Shown here: positions 1-13,725 of the stretch, one piece after another
Layout of the letters: each line of letters starts with the position of its first letter
Position numbering within the stretch: position 1 is the first letter of the stretch
Source of the DNA: the human T2T-CHM13v2.0 reference genome, Homo sapiens
NCBI RefSeq assembly: GCF_009914755.1
Contig: NC_060929.1
Strand: one strand, 5' to 3'
Length of the DNA: 64,000 nucleotides
The notes under the pieces: generated by a model
Databases searched by the model: none
Seen by the model: only the letters and a program-made list of their open reading frames with translations
Told to the model about the DNA's origin: nothing
Made by a program: the position numbers and the translations under genes

Positions 1-755
1 ATTTAGAGATTTTTACTTGGAAACAAGGCCTGAGCGTGCTGAGTCGGTAGCAATAAGAAGCCAAGTGTCACCAGGAGGAGAAAGGCCAAGGTTTTGCTGC
101 CACTTCCCCTACAGACTAAAGCAAAAGAAATGACCAGAATGCCAGATGAAGAAGTTTATGGTGGATATAAAGTTAAACTATGTCCCTGAAAAAGCAACTA
201 GTTCTTCAGGTACAGGTCTTCTTCTCTAAACGATGACATATCAGAAATGCATCAAAACGGCAAAGCACAGTGAGAAATCCCTCAGTGAGTGCCGGCTCCT
301 TCACCTGTGATGCAAATGCGAATGGACTGACATTCACACAGGTCATCTGTTTCTTCTGCTCACCATTGCAAAGACTACAAACCTTTTGTGGGTGGGTGGA
401 GAGGCGGGGGGAAGATAAAAAGAAGACCCATTAAAATAGAAGGGAAGCATGGCCCAAAGAAGAAATGGAGTTAAAATAACCCAAAGTGATATTTAGCAAA
501 CCCAGAAAGGAAACTTCAAAGAGATCTGAAAAATACCTGCTGCATCATTGTTCGCAAGTCATGACCCAGTTTGAGAGACTGCTGTCTGACTCACGTCTGT
601 TTTGCAAAGAGAACTTTGTGTACCTGGTGGTTTTAATCAGGAGTCTTGCCTCGCTGCAGGGTAGCTACATTTCATCACAATATTGGTCTGATTCCTTAAC
701 TTCATTCACTTTGGGCTATTAAAATGGTCTCCTTCTGGTTATAAAGAAAAAGCCT

Positions 756-1048
756 TGTGGGGTGTGTTGGCTCACGCCTGTATTCTCAGCACTTTGGGAG
801 GCAAAGGCTGGAGGATCACTTGAGTCTGGGAGTTCAAGATCATCCTGGGCAACATAGGGAGACCCTGTCTCTACAAAAAATAAAAAAATTAGTATGGCAT
901 GGTGGCCATTGTCTGTAGTCCCAGCTCCTTGGATGGCCAAAGCAGGAGGATTTCTTGAGTTCAGGAGGTCAAGGCTGCAGTGAACCCTGATCACACCACT
1001 GCACTCCAGCCTGGGAGATAGTGAGACCCTGTCTCAAAAAAATAAAAA
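756..1048 (+). mobile_element. Alu (AluJ-like)
   Basis: ggctcacgcctgtattctcagcactttgggagg ... ccactgcactccagcctggg ... A-rich tail, with AluJ-type ggatcacttgag and gaggtcaaggctgcagtga. Confidence 0.93.
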
Positions 1049-3279
1049 GGAATAAGCCTGTCCATTTTACCACTTCCATCCTTTCCCCCTCCCCATCTCC
1101 AACATCCCACCTCCTGAAGCAGGCTGGACGTGAGCTCCAGCCCCCTGGTGTGCCCTTCCCACCCATCTCCTTCCATCCTGTTCTTTCTCCTTTCTCATTG
1201 GAGGTGGGAGGGAGAAGGAAGAGGTGTTTCCTTACATAAAGGCAGGCTAGAGGCCACCAGGCCACTGCCTATGTCTGTGGGCCATCTCTGCCAAGGTGAC
1301 TCCTGGGCTTTAGCAGGGGCCAGTTAGGTGGCTGAAGCTCTCTGCCACCCCATATCTTTGCATCTTTGGCCCTACATCTTTGATGCCTACACCTTGCTTC
1401 ACCCCTTCTGCCATGCTCCTGCAGGAACACGTCTAAATCCCTCCCTCACTAGTCTCTTCTCTCCCCTGTGACCCTGCCCTTGTCCATCTTCCTTGAAGGG
1501 ACCTTTAAGCATAAAGGAATACAGTCCTTGCTCAAAGTCTGGCTGAATCCCTGTGTGATCTCCCCACTGTACTCCAGCAGCCCAAGGCAAGTCACCAGCT
1601 CAGAAGCTGAGTTGACAGCCAGTTGGGGAAGAAGATGCCAGTTTTCCTTTCTTGCTGCCTCCTACAAACTTTAAGGGCTATTCCCATCCTTAGGCCCCAT
1701 CTTCCCCCAGTGTAGCTTCCTTTCCTCTCCTAGTTCTCCTGTTAAACTTCTAAATGGAAAAGATCATCAAACCAGTGAGGTCTCTACTGCCCCTAGAGAG
1801 ATTAGCTCTTCTATCAAGAGCTGGGCCCTTGAACTTGGTCCTGGGGGAGCCATATCTACTGAAGTCTCTACTCAGTGACCTCTAGAGCCAGGAGAGGTGC
1901 TCATTTGGCACCTCACACAGAACTGTCACGCTGACATCTGATGCGTCCCTGACATTTGGGAGGAGAGGCCTTTGTTGGAGGAGCCCTAAAATCTCTTTAG
2001 CCTGCAGGGAAAATCTCCAAGGCCAAGACAAGCCTCTTGATGGCTACAGGATGCTAGAATCAGCTTAGGTTTAGGAGGAAAAGGAGGAGAAAGGAGAGTT
2101 AAAAGGAGCAGGCAGTGGAGATAGGAGGGTAGAGAGGTATACAATGTGCAAAAAATAGATGCATATGGCAGCTAGTAGCAGTGGCCCACCTGGCCTGGGA
2201 TCCCCTGCTTCTCATCTGTCCCATCTATTGGTAAGTAAAAACATGACTGAATCACCATGGTTTGGTGTCTCTGGAGTCCTTCTTACTCGGCTTTTCCCCC
2301 TGTATTCTGAGTCCATGATTCTGCCTTACCCTCCAAGTTGATCTATACCTCCACGCAGCGGTATTTGTCCTCTTTAGTTGTAATTCTGTCCCAGGCTGTT
2401 AGCAATATTGCCTTCTTATTATCTCCTCCACTGAGGATGACTCATGGTCCTTTCCACTCAAAGCACTGGCCCAATAATTCCTGAGTGTGCCTCGTCCATC
2501 ATCCTTCATGTGTGAAGGACCAAGCCTTCATGAAAATGGAAAAATATATTGGCCTCTGGCTGCAATAGTGCTCACTGTGGATCACATATCACATCTCTCT
2601 TGTGTTCACAAAGCTTGTAGACCCTGAGAAGCTTTAACTTCTCCACAGAGCAAACCCCTCCACCGAGGCCTGGTACACTGACCCTCAGCACATTCCTTGC
2701 TCTCTTCTTCCTCCTTCCCTGGCTGTATTTAAACATGACAAGATTCCATATCTTTTTGAAATAGGAATTATAGCTCTGTTTGTTAAAGTCACTGCCTTCC
2801 TTCTTTTTCTTTGTGCTGACCTAACTTGTCACATGTCACCCAGCTGTTTCCTGCAGGCTGTGTGCATGACCGCTAGTATCCTGGTGGCCAACCTCACAGG
2901 AGAGCTTCATCTTGCCTTGTGGCTCCTGGACTCTTCCACAGTGCTGTTCTGGAAGGTTCTTAGTCAAATGCCCCTCCAGTTTCTCCCACTTACTAACATT
3001 CTCTTATTTCTGAGTCTTTCTGGTTTACTTCCTAATTATGGATTACATGTCCTATCATAAATCATTCACATCTCCTTCAGATCCAATAAGTCACTTTGTT
3101 TTTATGACACTTTCTTTGTTTTTATCATACTTTCTCAGTCATTTTTGGATTATTACAAGAGGCTACTGTAGGTTACTGGGCAGCCCTTTTTGGCTTCTTT
3201 TACATCTTCCTGCTGTGAAGTGTGATATATGAAATGGTGTCTCTGTGGTTCAGAGCTCTAAATTGGAGTCAGAAAGTCA

Positions 3280-3679
3280 TTGTGAGAAAGACTGCCTGTG
3301 TGTCTTGCTAACTGGCAACAGCAACAACAAAAAAAACCAGGAACTTGTCTTGACCTTTGAAGTGGGTCAAACTGCAGTGACCACCACATTCTGGAAAACA
3401 GCTGAATTTCTCCAGTATTGCAACCCCTGAACAGCGACCACCAGTAAACTATGGACGCATGTTCTAAGTCAGCCACCTCTACCAATGATAATTCTCCAAA
3501 ACAACTTGTGTAATCACTCTGAGCTTCCTTTTGGTTTTCTCTTAAAATCCTCTACTCCCCTCTGTCTCTTCAGAAGCCAAATTGTTTCCTGAATTATAAT
3601 TCCTAACATTAAGACCCCTATAAACACCACCTTGTCTTCTTGAACTGCAGTTTGGTCTTTCACCTGTTCTTGGTTGACA
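3280..3679 (+). mobile_element. Probable degraded ERV1-class LTR
   Basis: Starts TG and ends ttgaca, with a pyrimidine-rich U3/R-like composition; subfamily not determined. Confidence 0.4.
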
Positions 3680-3990
3680 CTACCCAGTGAATTTACCCAT
3701 TTCCCATCTTCTTCAGAGATTCTCTTCCTCTTCTTTTATATCACCAGCTACCCCTCCTTTGACCATTTCATAGATTCCACAACCTGGTGAAGCACTGTTT
3801 CTTAAGATGTATTTCTTTCCAAACCACCCTGCCAAAAAGCACACCCAGCTCCTTCTCCTCTGATATTAATAATAAGGCACTGGCCTACGTGGTTTATGTG
3901 ATCCAACCCTGGGATATTACCTGTCTGATCTCACCTCCTACCCCTCGCCACCTCACTTGCTAGGTTCCAGCCACACTCTTTGTTACTCCT

Positions 3991-4432
3991 TGTTATAGGT
4001 TGAATATCGTCCCCCACAAAAGATATATTGAAACCCTAGTACCTGGGACCTACAAACGTGACCTTGTTTGGAAATAGGGTCTACATAGATGTAATCAAGT
4101 TAAGATAGGCTAGGTCCTAATCCAGTACAACATAAGCCCTTATAAGAAGAGGAGAAGAGATACAGAAAGAAACACGCCTAGAGGAGATGGCCATGTGAAG
4201 ACAGAGGCAGAGATTAGAGATAAAGCCAAAGAATGCTGAGTACTGGCGGCCACCAGCAGAAGCCAGGCAGAGGCAAGGAAGGATTCCACCCTGAGTTTCA
4301 GAGTGACCATGGCCCTGCCCCTTCTCAATCTTGGACTTGTAGCCTCCAGCATCGTGAGAGAACAGATTTCCATTGTTCCACATCTCTCAGTTTGTGGCAC
4401 TTGGTTCCCACAGCCCTTGGAAGCAAGCACAA
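3991..4432 (+). mobile_element. MLT1 (MaLR) solo LTR, MLT1B/C-like
   Basis: tgttataggttgaat..gtgaccttgtttggaaatagggtc..gatgtaatcaagttaagat..gccatgtgaagacagaggcagag..ttggacttgtagcctccag. Confidence 0.85.
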
Positions 4433-4651
4433 ATGAGCACATGCCTTAGAGATCTAGCTCTGAGGTACTCTCTCTGACTGCCTTCAAGCTCTGCTCCGAG
4501 GCTACTTCTCAGAGATGGCTTTCCTGACCATTTTCTACAGAATGGCAGCTGCCTCTCTTCACCCACTCCTTATTGCTGTCCACCCGCTTTACTGTGTTGT
4601 ATTTCCTCCATAGCCCACATCACCATCTCACCCATGATGAATGTATGCCTG

Positions 4652-5013
4652 TGTATTAGTCCTTTTTCACATGTCTGATAAAGACACACTCGAGACTAGA
4701 TAATTTATAAAGGAAAGAGGTTTAATTGACTCACAGTTCCACATGACTGGGGAGGCCTCACAATCATGGCGGAAGATGAAGAAAGAGCAAAGGGACATCT
4801 TACATGGCGTCCAACAAAGAGAGAATTTGTTCAGGGAAACTCCCCTTTATAAAACCATCAAATCTTATGAGACTTATTTACTATCACAAGAACAGCACAA
4901 GAAAGACCTATCCTCATGATTCAATTACCTCCCACTGGGTCCCTCCCATGACATGTGGGAATTATGGGAACTACAATTCGAGATTTGTATGGGGACATGG
5001 CCAAACAATATCA
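4652..5013 (-). mobile_element. THE1 solo LTR (THE1B/C-like) with 5-bp TSD GCCTG
   Basis: tgtattagtc..gaggtttaattgactcacagttccac..ggccaaacaatatca; gcctg at 4647-4651 and 5014-5018. Confidence 0.93.
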
Positions 5014-5524
5014 GCCTGTATGTGTTTATTGTTGCTTCCCCCTACTCATGGGGGTCTATTTTGTTCACTGCTGGATTATTGAGGTCAAAAACAGAGCCTG
5101 CAACTTTATAGCTGCTCAGTGATTATCTGTTGAATATGAATTAGTTCCACTTTCACATATCAATATATCAAGTACTTGGGTCTATATGTTGCTTTATGTT
5201 GGTATGTGCAGATGGCTTTTTGATTCTAACTTCCTAAAGGGCAGTAGTTGAATCTAGTTGTGTAAACAGTGGCTTAGCACAGAGCCACACACCGTGTGTG
5301 TGTGTTCAATTTCCTTTGCTGACAATAGCAGATCTCAAAACGTGGATGATGAACAATACAAGTATTCTGTCTATAAAACTATGGAATTGGTTTTACATTT
5401 AACTGTTGGAAAGAGATTTCCTTATTTATTTTGCAGCACATGCTAAAAATAACTCATACTCCTTTGCCACCTGCTCTGTGCTGGCAGTCTACCTGTGTTC
5501 TCTCTGCCATGATATGGAGTCTCA

Positions 5525-5665
5525 ACGCAGTTTCATAGTCTGGGAGACTGAGTCTCAGAGAGGTAAAGAAACTTGCTCAAGGTCATGGAGCTAGAAAGTA
5601 GTACAGCAGCCAGGGTTCAAATGCAGGCAGCCTGGCTCCAAAGCCGTTGCTATAAGCTCAGTGGT
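5525..5665 (-). mobile_element. MIR fragment
   Basis: MIR core gagactgagtctcagagaggtaaagaaacttgctcaaggtca..gggttcaaatgcaggcagcctggctccaaagcc. Confidence 0.8.
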
Positions 5666-6266
5666 ATCCTCTCTACTGATATTTAATCAAAGAAATACAG
5701 GCTCTTTTCCAAAAATGTGAAACAATTTATGATGAAAGAAAGAGAAGAAATGATTCAAAGGTAGTCGACTGAAAAGATGAATAGCACATTCCCTCGAACT
5801 ATATGAGGTAGAAAGAACTAAGAATAAAGTAGAAATTATGAAGCACTTTAAGTCTAGTAGACAGGAACCAGTCTCAATTTTTTTAACAGATGAAATGTTC
5901 TAAATTTGTTGGAATAAAAAGTTATGGGGGAGGGGAAAGGTATGCATATTTTATGCACAGAAATCAATTTCTATGTTCCATACTTAAAGGTAATCTGAAT
6001 TTAGCCAAAATATTATTATAAATGATATAAGTATATTGCAACTATCTAGTCTAGACACACAGACACACAAACAGACAACTGCAAATATGAGCTGTCTTCC
6101 ATGAGTTCTAAGTGGGTATGCCTTAGGTTATATTTTTCTGGCAACTTCTAATTTAAGACTTAGCATGGCCATCAGTGTAGGAAGCAGGCTGTTTTCCCTG
6201 ACTCCACAAGGCTGGGATGTAAGCTGGACTCTCGCCAGCTGTGGCTTCATCTCTTCATCATGCCTA

Positions 6267-7044
<778 letters not shown>

Positions 7045-7607
7045 TGATATTTGGACCCTCCCACTAACACAAAGCAAGCTATCAGTACACTCTTTTGCTT
7101 TCCACTAGGACTGAAAATTTCATTTCTTTAAAAACAAAAATGTTTTATAGCAGTTAGGATGATAAGGTAATTGGAAAGATTGTTAGGAGTTAAAAAAATA
7201 AAATCAATATTGATTTCCTAGAGCAAGAATTCTTATCTTGGGCCTGTGTAAGTTTACTATATAAGATCTGTAAACACTTCATATATAAGACAGCTGAAGC
7301 TACTTTTTGATATAACAAAAAGTAATCAGGTCGAAACCTTAAATTACATCTTTATCAGTGCTGGTCACCGGACATTTCTATCAAAAAGAAAGGAGTACAA
7401 GTCAATCCTTCTCACATATAAAGTCACATAATAAAGTTTGAATTTTTGAAATAAGGCATGTTTAAAAATGAGGCATGTTAATAAGGATGGTCTATGTTTA
7501 AAAGAAAATACATTTTCCAATTATTTGAACATTTATAATTTTTGTTAGATTAACTTAAAGTTTTAAAAAGTTAATTGATTTATTAACTTATAACAAAATA
7601 AAATATT

Positions 7608-7772
7608 TAGCTGGGCATGGTGGTGCACACCTATAATCCCAGCTACTTGAGAGGTTAAGGCTGAGGACCACTTGTGCCCAGGAGTTCAAGGCTACAGCAC
7701 GCTATGATTGCACACCACTGCACTCCAGCCTGGGTGACAGAAACAGGCCTTGTCTCTAAAAATAAATAAATC
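7608..7772 (+). mobile_element. Alu right-monomer fragment (FRAM/AluJ)
   Basis: tagctgggcatggtggtgcacacctataatcccagctac..ccactgcactccagcctgggtgacaga..taaaaataaataaat. Confidence 0.85.
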
Positions 7773-7878
7773 AATAGAAATATTTAAACATTTAAAAATA
7801 ATCCCTATATGCCACTTGAAAATGTGCAAACACTTTTAAACCACTAAGATACATATTACCTTGAATGCAGCCATATTG

Positions 7879-7879
7879 C

Positions 7880-7917
<38 letters not shown>

Positions 7918-8090
7918 CTGTGTATATATACACATATATATACATATATATACAACTGTGTATATATACACACATATATACATATATATACTGTATAACT
8001 GCTTTCATGTATAACTCTTTTTGTATAACTGTGTACATACACACATATATATACATATATATACTCCTCTTTTTGTATAACTGTCTGTAT
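7879..8090. repeat. (TG)n followed by a compound TA/CA minisatellite
   Basis: (TG)~12, then recurring ~38-40-bp units of the type taactgtgtatatatacacatatatatacatatata. Confidence 0.9.
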
Positions 8091-8300
8091 ATGAAAGGGG
8101 GTGCCACCTGCATGCCAACTCTGGTGTGTGCATTGGAAGAAATGGGGGAAAGTACAGGCAGGAGGAACATAAATAAACTGCAATCCTCACTACCCATGAA
8201 ATGCACTTAGTATCCCCAAATCAATGGGATACTCATAATATTCTTAGCTGAGGTGAGTTTCCAAAAGAATGAAGAAAGGATTCATTAAAAATCCGCAAAA

Positions 8301-8611
8301 GGGACATGGATGAAATTGGAAACCATCATTCTCAGTAAACTATCGCAAGAACAAAAAACCAAACACCGCATATTCTCACTCATAGGTGGGAATTGAACAA
8401 TGAGATCACATGGACACAGGAAGGGGAATATCACACTCTGGGGACTGTGGTGGGGAGGGGGGAGGGGGGAGGGATAGCATTGGGAGATATACCTAATGCT
8501 AGATGACGAGTTAGTGGGTGCAGCGCACCAGCATGGCACATGTATACATATGTAACTAACCTGTACAATGTGCACATGTACCCTAAAACTTAAAGTATAA
8601 TTAAAAAAAAA
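8301..8611 (+). mobile_element. 5'-truncated L1 (L1PA2-type), 3' end only, with 15-bp TSD
   Basis: Near-consensus L1 ORF2 end and 3'UTR. GAG (not ACA/ACG) in gatgacgagttagtggg, and acttaaagtataa. TSD aaaaatcc(g/a)caaaag at 8287-8301 and 8609-8623, at a tt|aaaa endonuclease site. Confidence 0.95.
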
Positions 8612-9182
8612 AATCCACAAAAGTTAGCAACATTTAGTCACCTCCTAAAAGATGCTTATAGTCCATACACCTGAGGAAGTGTCCATGTTTAATAATTCCT
8701 CTGTCTAAAGGCTTAATTTATGGTGACTTTCCCAACAATCTAGGAGACAGTGTAGATGACAGACACAGTTCAAGGAGCACTGCCATCCATCCACACTAAT
8801 CATGCCTGCGCCCTTTAAAGTGGGAGGATCCACCTCCATCTCAGATACTCATTCGCCCATGAATACGGACCACACTAACTTACTGTGTTTGCAGCAATCA
8901 CCTGAACCCTCACTTTATTCCTTCTCCTTCTCCCATCCTCTTTAATTTTTCCTTGACTGCTTTTCTTCTGATCTTATCTCAGTCTGGCTCTGACTACTGC
9001 CTATGTGACTACACTTCTATCTCAGTTTTTAAAAACTTGCTGATCTACAAAGTATTTAAAGCTAATGTCCTACCCTGGATCAGAGAACTCAGTGGAATTC
9101 AAACTCTGCCTTAGTCACTGGAGATTGCTGAGCTAGATCCCACCCAGCCCTCCCTCCTCAGTTCACCTCACTGCTGGGAGGG

Positions 9183-11395
9183 TGATATGGTTTGGTTCTG
9201 TGTCCCCACCCAAATCTCACTTTGAATTGTAAAAATCCCCATGTGTCAAGGGCAGGACCAGGTGAAGGTAATCAGACCATGGGGGTGGTTTCCTCCATGG
9301 TGTTCTCGTGATAATGAGTGAGTCTCACGAGATCTGAGCATCTGACATTTCCCCTGCTTGAATACATTCTTTCTCCTGCCCCCGTGAAAAGGTGCCTTCT
9401 GCCATGATTGTAAGTTTTCTGAGGCCTCTCCAGTCCTGTGAGTCCATTAAACCTCTTTTTTTAATAAATAACCCAGTCTTGAGTAGATTGGTACCAGGAG
9501 TGGGCTGTTGTTGTAAACAGACTTGAAAACATGGAAGCGTCTTTGAAACTAGGTAATGGGCAGAGGTTGGAACAGTTTGGAGGGCTCAGAAGAAGATATA
9601 TAGAAGTACAAAAGTTTGGAAGTTCCTAGAGACTTGTTGAATGGCTTTGACCAAAATGCTGATAGTGATATGGACAAGGAAGTCCAGGCTGAGGTGGTCT
9701 CAGATAGATATGCGGAACTTCTTGGGAACTGGAGCAAAGATGACTCTTGCTATGCTTTAGAAAAGAGACTGGCAGCATTTTGCTCCTGCTCTAGAGATCT
9801 GTGGAGCTTTGAAACTGAGAGAGATGATTTAGGTTATGTGGCAGAAGAAATTTCTAGGCCACAAACCATCCAAGAGGAAGCAAAGCATAAAAGTTTGAAA
9901 AATTTGAGGCCCGATAATGTGATAGAAAAGGAAAACTCATTTTCCGGGGATAAATTCAAGCTTGCTGCAGAAATTTGCATAAGTAACAAGAAGCCAAATG
10001 AACGTTAATCACCAAGACAATGGGAAAAATGTCTCCAGGGCATGTCATAGACCTTCAGGGTATCCCCTCCCTTCACAGGCATGGAGGCCTGTGGGAGGGA
10101 AAAATGGTTTTGTGGGCTTGGCCCAGGGCCTCTCTGCTCTGTGCAGCCTCAGGACATGGTGCCCTGCGTCCCAGATGCTTTGGCTCCAGCCATGGCTAAT
10201 AGGGGCCAAGGTACAGCTCAGGCCATTGCTTCAGAGGGTGTGAGCCCCAAGCCTTGGTGGCTTCCATGTTGTGTTGAGTCCGTGGGTGCACAAAAGTCAA
10301 GAATTGAGGTTTGAGAACCTCTGCCTAGATTTCACAGGATGTGTGGAAACGCCCTGAATGTCCAGGCAGAGGTTTGTTGCAGGGGTGGAGCCCTCATAGA
10401 GAACTTCTGCTAGTGCAGTGAGGAAGAGAAACAAGGGGTTGGAGCCCCCACACAGAGTCCCCACTGGGGCACTGCCTAGTGGAGCTGTGAGAAGAGGGTC
10501 ACCATCCTCCAGGACCCAGAATGGTAGATCCACTGACAGCTTGCACCATGTGCCTGGAAAAGCTGCACACTCAACATCAGACTGTGAAAGCAGCTGGGAG
10601 TGGGGCTGTACCCTGCAAAGCCATAGGGCAGAGCTGCTCAAGGCCATGGGAGCCCATCTCTTGCATCAGCGTGACCTGCGAGTGAGACATGAAGTCAAAG
10701 GAGATCATTTTGGAACTTTAAGGATTAATGATTGCCCTATTGGATTTCGAGCTTGCATGGGGCCTGTAGCCCCCTTGTTTTGGCCAATTTCTCCCACTTG
10801 GAAAAGATGTATTTACCCAATGCCTGTACCCCATTGTATCTTGGAAGGAACTAACTTGTGTTTGATTTTACAGGCTTATAGGTAGAAGAGACTTGCCTTG
10901 TCTCAGATGAGACTTTGGACTTGGACTTTTGGGTTAATGCTGAAATGAGTTAAGACTTTGGGGATTGTTGGGAAAGCATGATTGCGTTTTAAAATGTCAG
11001 GACATGAGACTTGGGAGGGACCAGGCGTGGAATGATATCGTTTGGCTCTGTGTCCCCACCCAAATCTCATTTTGAATTGTAATAATCCCCAGATGTCAAG
11101 GGTAGGACCAGGTGGAGGTAATTGGATCATGTGGGCGGTTCCCCCTACTGCTGTTCTCATGATAGTGAGTGAGTTCTCACAAGATCTGATGGTTTTATAA
11201 GTGTCTGGCATTTCCCCTGCTTGTACTCAATCTCTCTTTTGTAGAAGGTACCTGAAGAGGTACCTTCTGCCATGATTATAAGTTTCCTGAGGCCTCCCCA
11301 GCCATGCAGAACCGTGAGTCCATTAAACCTCTCTTCTTTATAAACTGCTCAGTCTTGGGTATTTCTTCATAGCAGCATGAGAATGGACTAATACA
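9183..11395 (+). mobile_element. THE1D element: 5'LTR (~9183-9482), internal region, 3'LTR (11033-11395), TSD GAGGG
   Basis: Two homologous LTRs starting tgatatggtttgg / tgatatcgtttgg. MaLR internal region ttggtaccagg..ggtaatgggcagaggttggaacagtttggagggctcagaagaaga. gaggg at 9178-9182 and 11396-11400. Confidence 0.95.
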
Positions 11396-11943
11396 GAGGG
11401 GAACTGAGGAGATGGTCTTAAATCCAAGTTCACTAGAGCAGCAGGAAAAGCCAGGGATGAGGATTTTATCTGCTGACTTACGGAAGCAAATCCTCAAAAT
11501 TGCACATATAAGATCTGGTATCATTTTGAAAAAAAATTGATGTTCTTGGCTTTATTATATGAAAACCGTACAAATCACAGGAATAAGGAACAAGAAAGGC
11601 ATGATTTATGACCCTCTGCATATAGAAGATGTAGTTCTGCCCTTCGTTCAATGGCCTACCCATTGTGTGAGCAAAGTCAATATGAATGATGAAATGTAGA
11701 CTGAAGGGCTAAATCAGTTCAATAAAATGCAGTAGAAAGACTAGAGGACTGAGTAAATTTGGAAAGGCTAGTGCCTGCAAAATTAGTATTTGGACAACAG
11801 GTAATTACAAAATTCAATGTCTGTGTATGAAAACACGACAGGCAGCCATCTGTCACAAAGGTAGAACCAATTACTAACAGTTTGATCTTGGAGTGAGGAT
11901 GAGAGAACAAAATAGATCTGTGTAGAATCCTTATTAGAGTTTA

Positions 11944-11949
<6 letters not shown>

Positions 11950-11986
<37 letters not shown>

Positions 11987-11990
11987 ATGC
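11950..11990. repeat. (TG)n microsatellite
   Basis: About 14 TG units. Confidence 0.9.
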
Positions 11991-12379
11991 ACATATGCAC
12001 GCCTCCCTATGTGACTGAATGGGAGAAAGAAAGGGAAACTCTGGAAGCTTCCTCTGTGTTTTATTTAAGCCTTTTGCACTTCCCATGTTCCTTTGGCTAA
12101 CACTTACTAACTTCAATCTCATTTTGTCAACTCAGGATCAGGGTGCGCACTCAGTCATATACCACCCTTCCCTTCCTTCTCATCCCAGCCTCCCAGGTCC
12201 CCTGGGAACATTATCATGGGGCCTGGAAGTGTTTGCAGCCTTTAGAAGGTAGCATGGAGGGCTGCCATCAATAACATGAACTGCTGCTAGGAGTGCCAGC
12301 TGCTGGGGGCCACCCCAAACAGTGAGAAGTGATACAGGCAACCTTGATGGCACCCACAGCAAAATTAAAAAATAAACAG

Positions 12380-12492
12380 AAGCACACATATGTACACACA
12401 CGCAGAGACAGACACACACACATATGCACACAGAGACACAGGCACACACACAGACACATGTACACACAGAGACACATATATACACACTGACA
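12380..12492. repeat. Degenerate (CA)n low-complexity tract
   Basis: Interrupted cacacaca/gacaca repeats. Confidence 0.85.
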
Positions 12493-12574
12493 CTTAGAAA
12501 TATACATAAAATAAAACAATAACTTTAGTGTCTTAACCGTTCCTGGCCAAAAAGAAGGTGGATGAATGCACATT

Positions 12575-12740
12575 TCGCTACTAAGCAGTTTGTATATGTT
12601 AAGTCATTTAATTCTTGCAAAGATTCTACAGAGAAGGTATCAGTATCTTCATTTTAAAGATTAGAAAAGAGGCCCCAGGATAATCAGGTAGTTCAAGGTG
12701 ACTGAGCTGGTAAGCAGGAAAGCCAGCCCGGGAAGCTCAT
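12575..12740 (-). mobile_element. MIR fragment
   Basis: tcatttaattctt..catttta aagattagaaaagaggcccagg..caaggtgactgagctggtaag. Confidence 0.65.
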
Positions 12741-12989
12741 CCATCTGCCATGACTCATGTGCTGGTTGCCCCTTCACTGGAAGGCCTGTGTTCACCACAG
12801 TGCACTGGGGGTCATTCTGATGTAGCCGGAAACAAGTCTACAGCTGCTGTCACTACAGCTCTTATCAGGTGGCATTGCCACTGAGAGGCCCCAAGGCTGG
12901 CCCATGGATCACGTTTACAGAGCCAGTTAGACCATGACTTCAGACTTCCCTGGGCCATGAAGCCTGCATTGCCTGGCCGGGTGACTCCT

Positions 12990-13384
12990 TGTAATAGAGT
13001 CTGACTCTATCTCTTGATGTTTGACTTCTGACAGCTTTGAAGCCTCACCCTTCCTTCCTCTGCCCCACATCTGAGCAAGCTGATAAAACTCAAGAGCTTC
13101 CTTTTTTGGTATCCGCAGGAGTTTCAACCCGTACAAGGCCCAGTCTGCATGTGAGAACCCACTTCCCACAACCATAAAAACTCCACGACAGTTTCCTTTC
13201 CATAAGCTTTCTCAAGACAATTTTGGACATGCCTGGGAGCCACTGTGCTTGGCCTGGAAAGCCTCACTGTGTAAGTGACACCTTTTCAGGCCCTCTTGGT
13301 GTGTGAGTCATGCCAGCAACCTTGGCATCAGAACAACCAAATTTTGGGTGGGAGTCCATCCCACTTCGGCGGGGCACTACAACA
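12990..13384 (+). mobile_element. ERVL-class solo LTR (MER21/MER68/MER77-like)
   Basis: Starts tgtaatagagtctgactc and ends ccaaattttgggtgggagtccatcc..ctacaaca; flanks ctcct/ctctt resemble a 5-bp TSD. Confidence 0.65.
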
Positions 13385-13725
13385 CTCTTGAATCAATTCA
13401 TGCTAACGATGAAATGAAATGCTTTCATGACCTTCAGAGAAACCCTCAAAGTTATAGTCTTCAAAAAAGAAGACTGAAAGAAAAGTTATAGTCTTCAAAA
13501 AAGAGAAAAGTTATGGTCTTCAAAAAAAGACAACATATGATGATGGTATGTGATCCCCCAGTCAGAAATCTGTCCTTTATTTTGCATGGCCATTGTTTTT
13601 TCTATTAAAAATAGAGAATGACTAAGTTAACATATGTTTGGGACAGGAGTCACGTAACTTTAATGCATTTTTAGGTCACTTTAACAGTTGGTATTTTTTC
13701 ACATTTAAAATTTTTCTTAGATGGA

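Larger units (their letters stand above)
3880..5145 (+). mobile_element. L2 3' remnant interrupted by MLT1 and THE1 LTRs
   Basis: L2-like tcacctcctacccc..ccagccacac, tttcctgacca, and 3' end ttgttcactgct..gctcagtgattatctgttgaatatgaat. Confidence 0.6.

Noticed and set aside
1800-3250. Possible ancient LINE or ERV internal remnant
   Set aside because: I could not match it to a consensus with confidence without RepeatMasker/Dfam.
7879-8090. Regularly spaced repeats resembling a CRISPR array (also 13448-13530)
   Set aside because: This is eukaryotic DNA, the units are low-complexity, and there are no unique equal-length spacers or cas genes.
9616-10885. 130-aa and 155-aa ORFs as novel or domesticated proteins
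   Set aside because: They are frameshifted fragments of the THE1 internal ORF with non-ATG starts, as expected in any THE1 copy.
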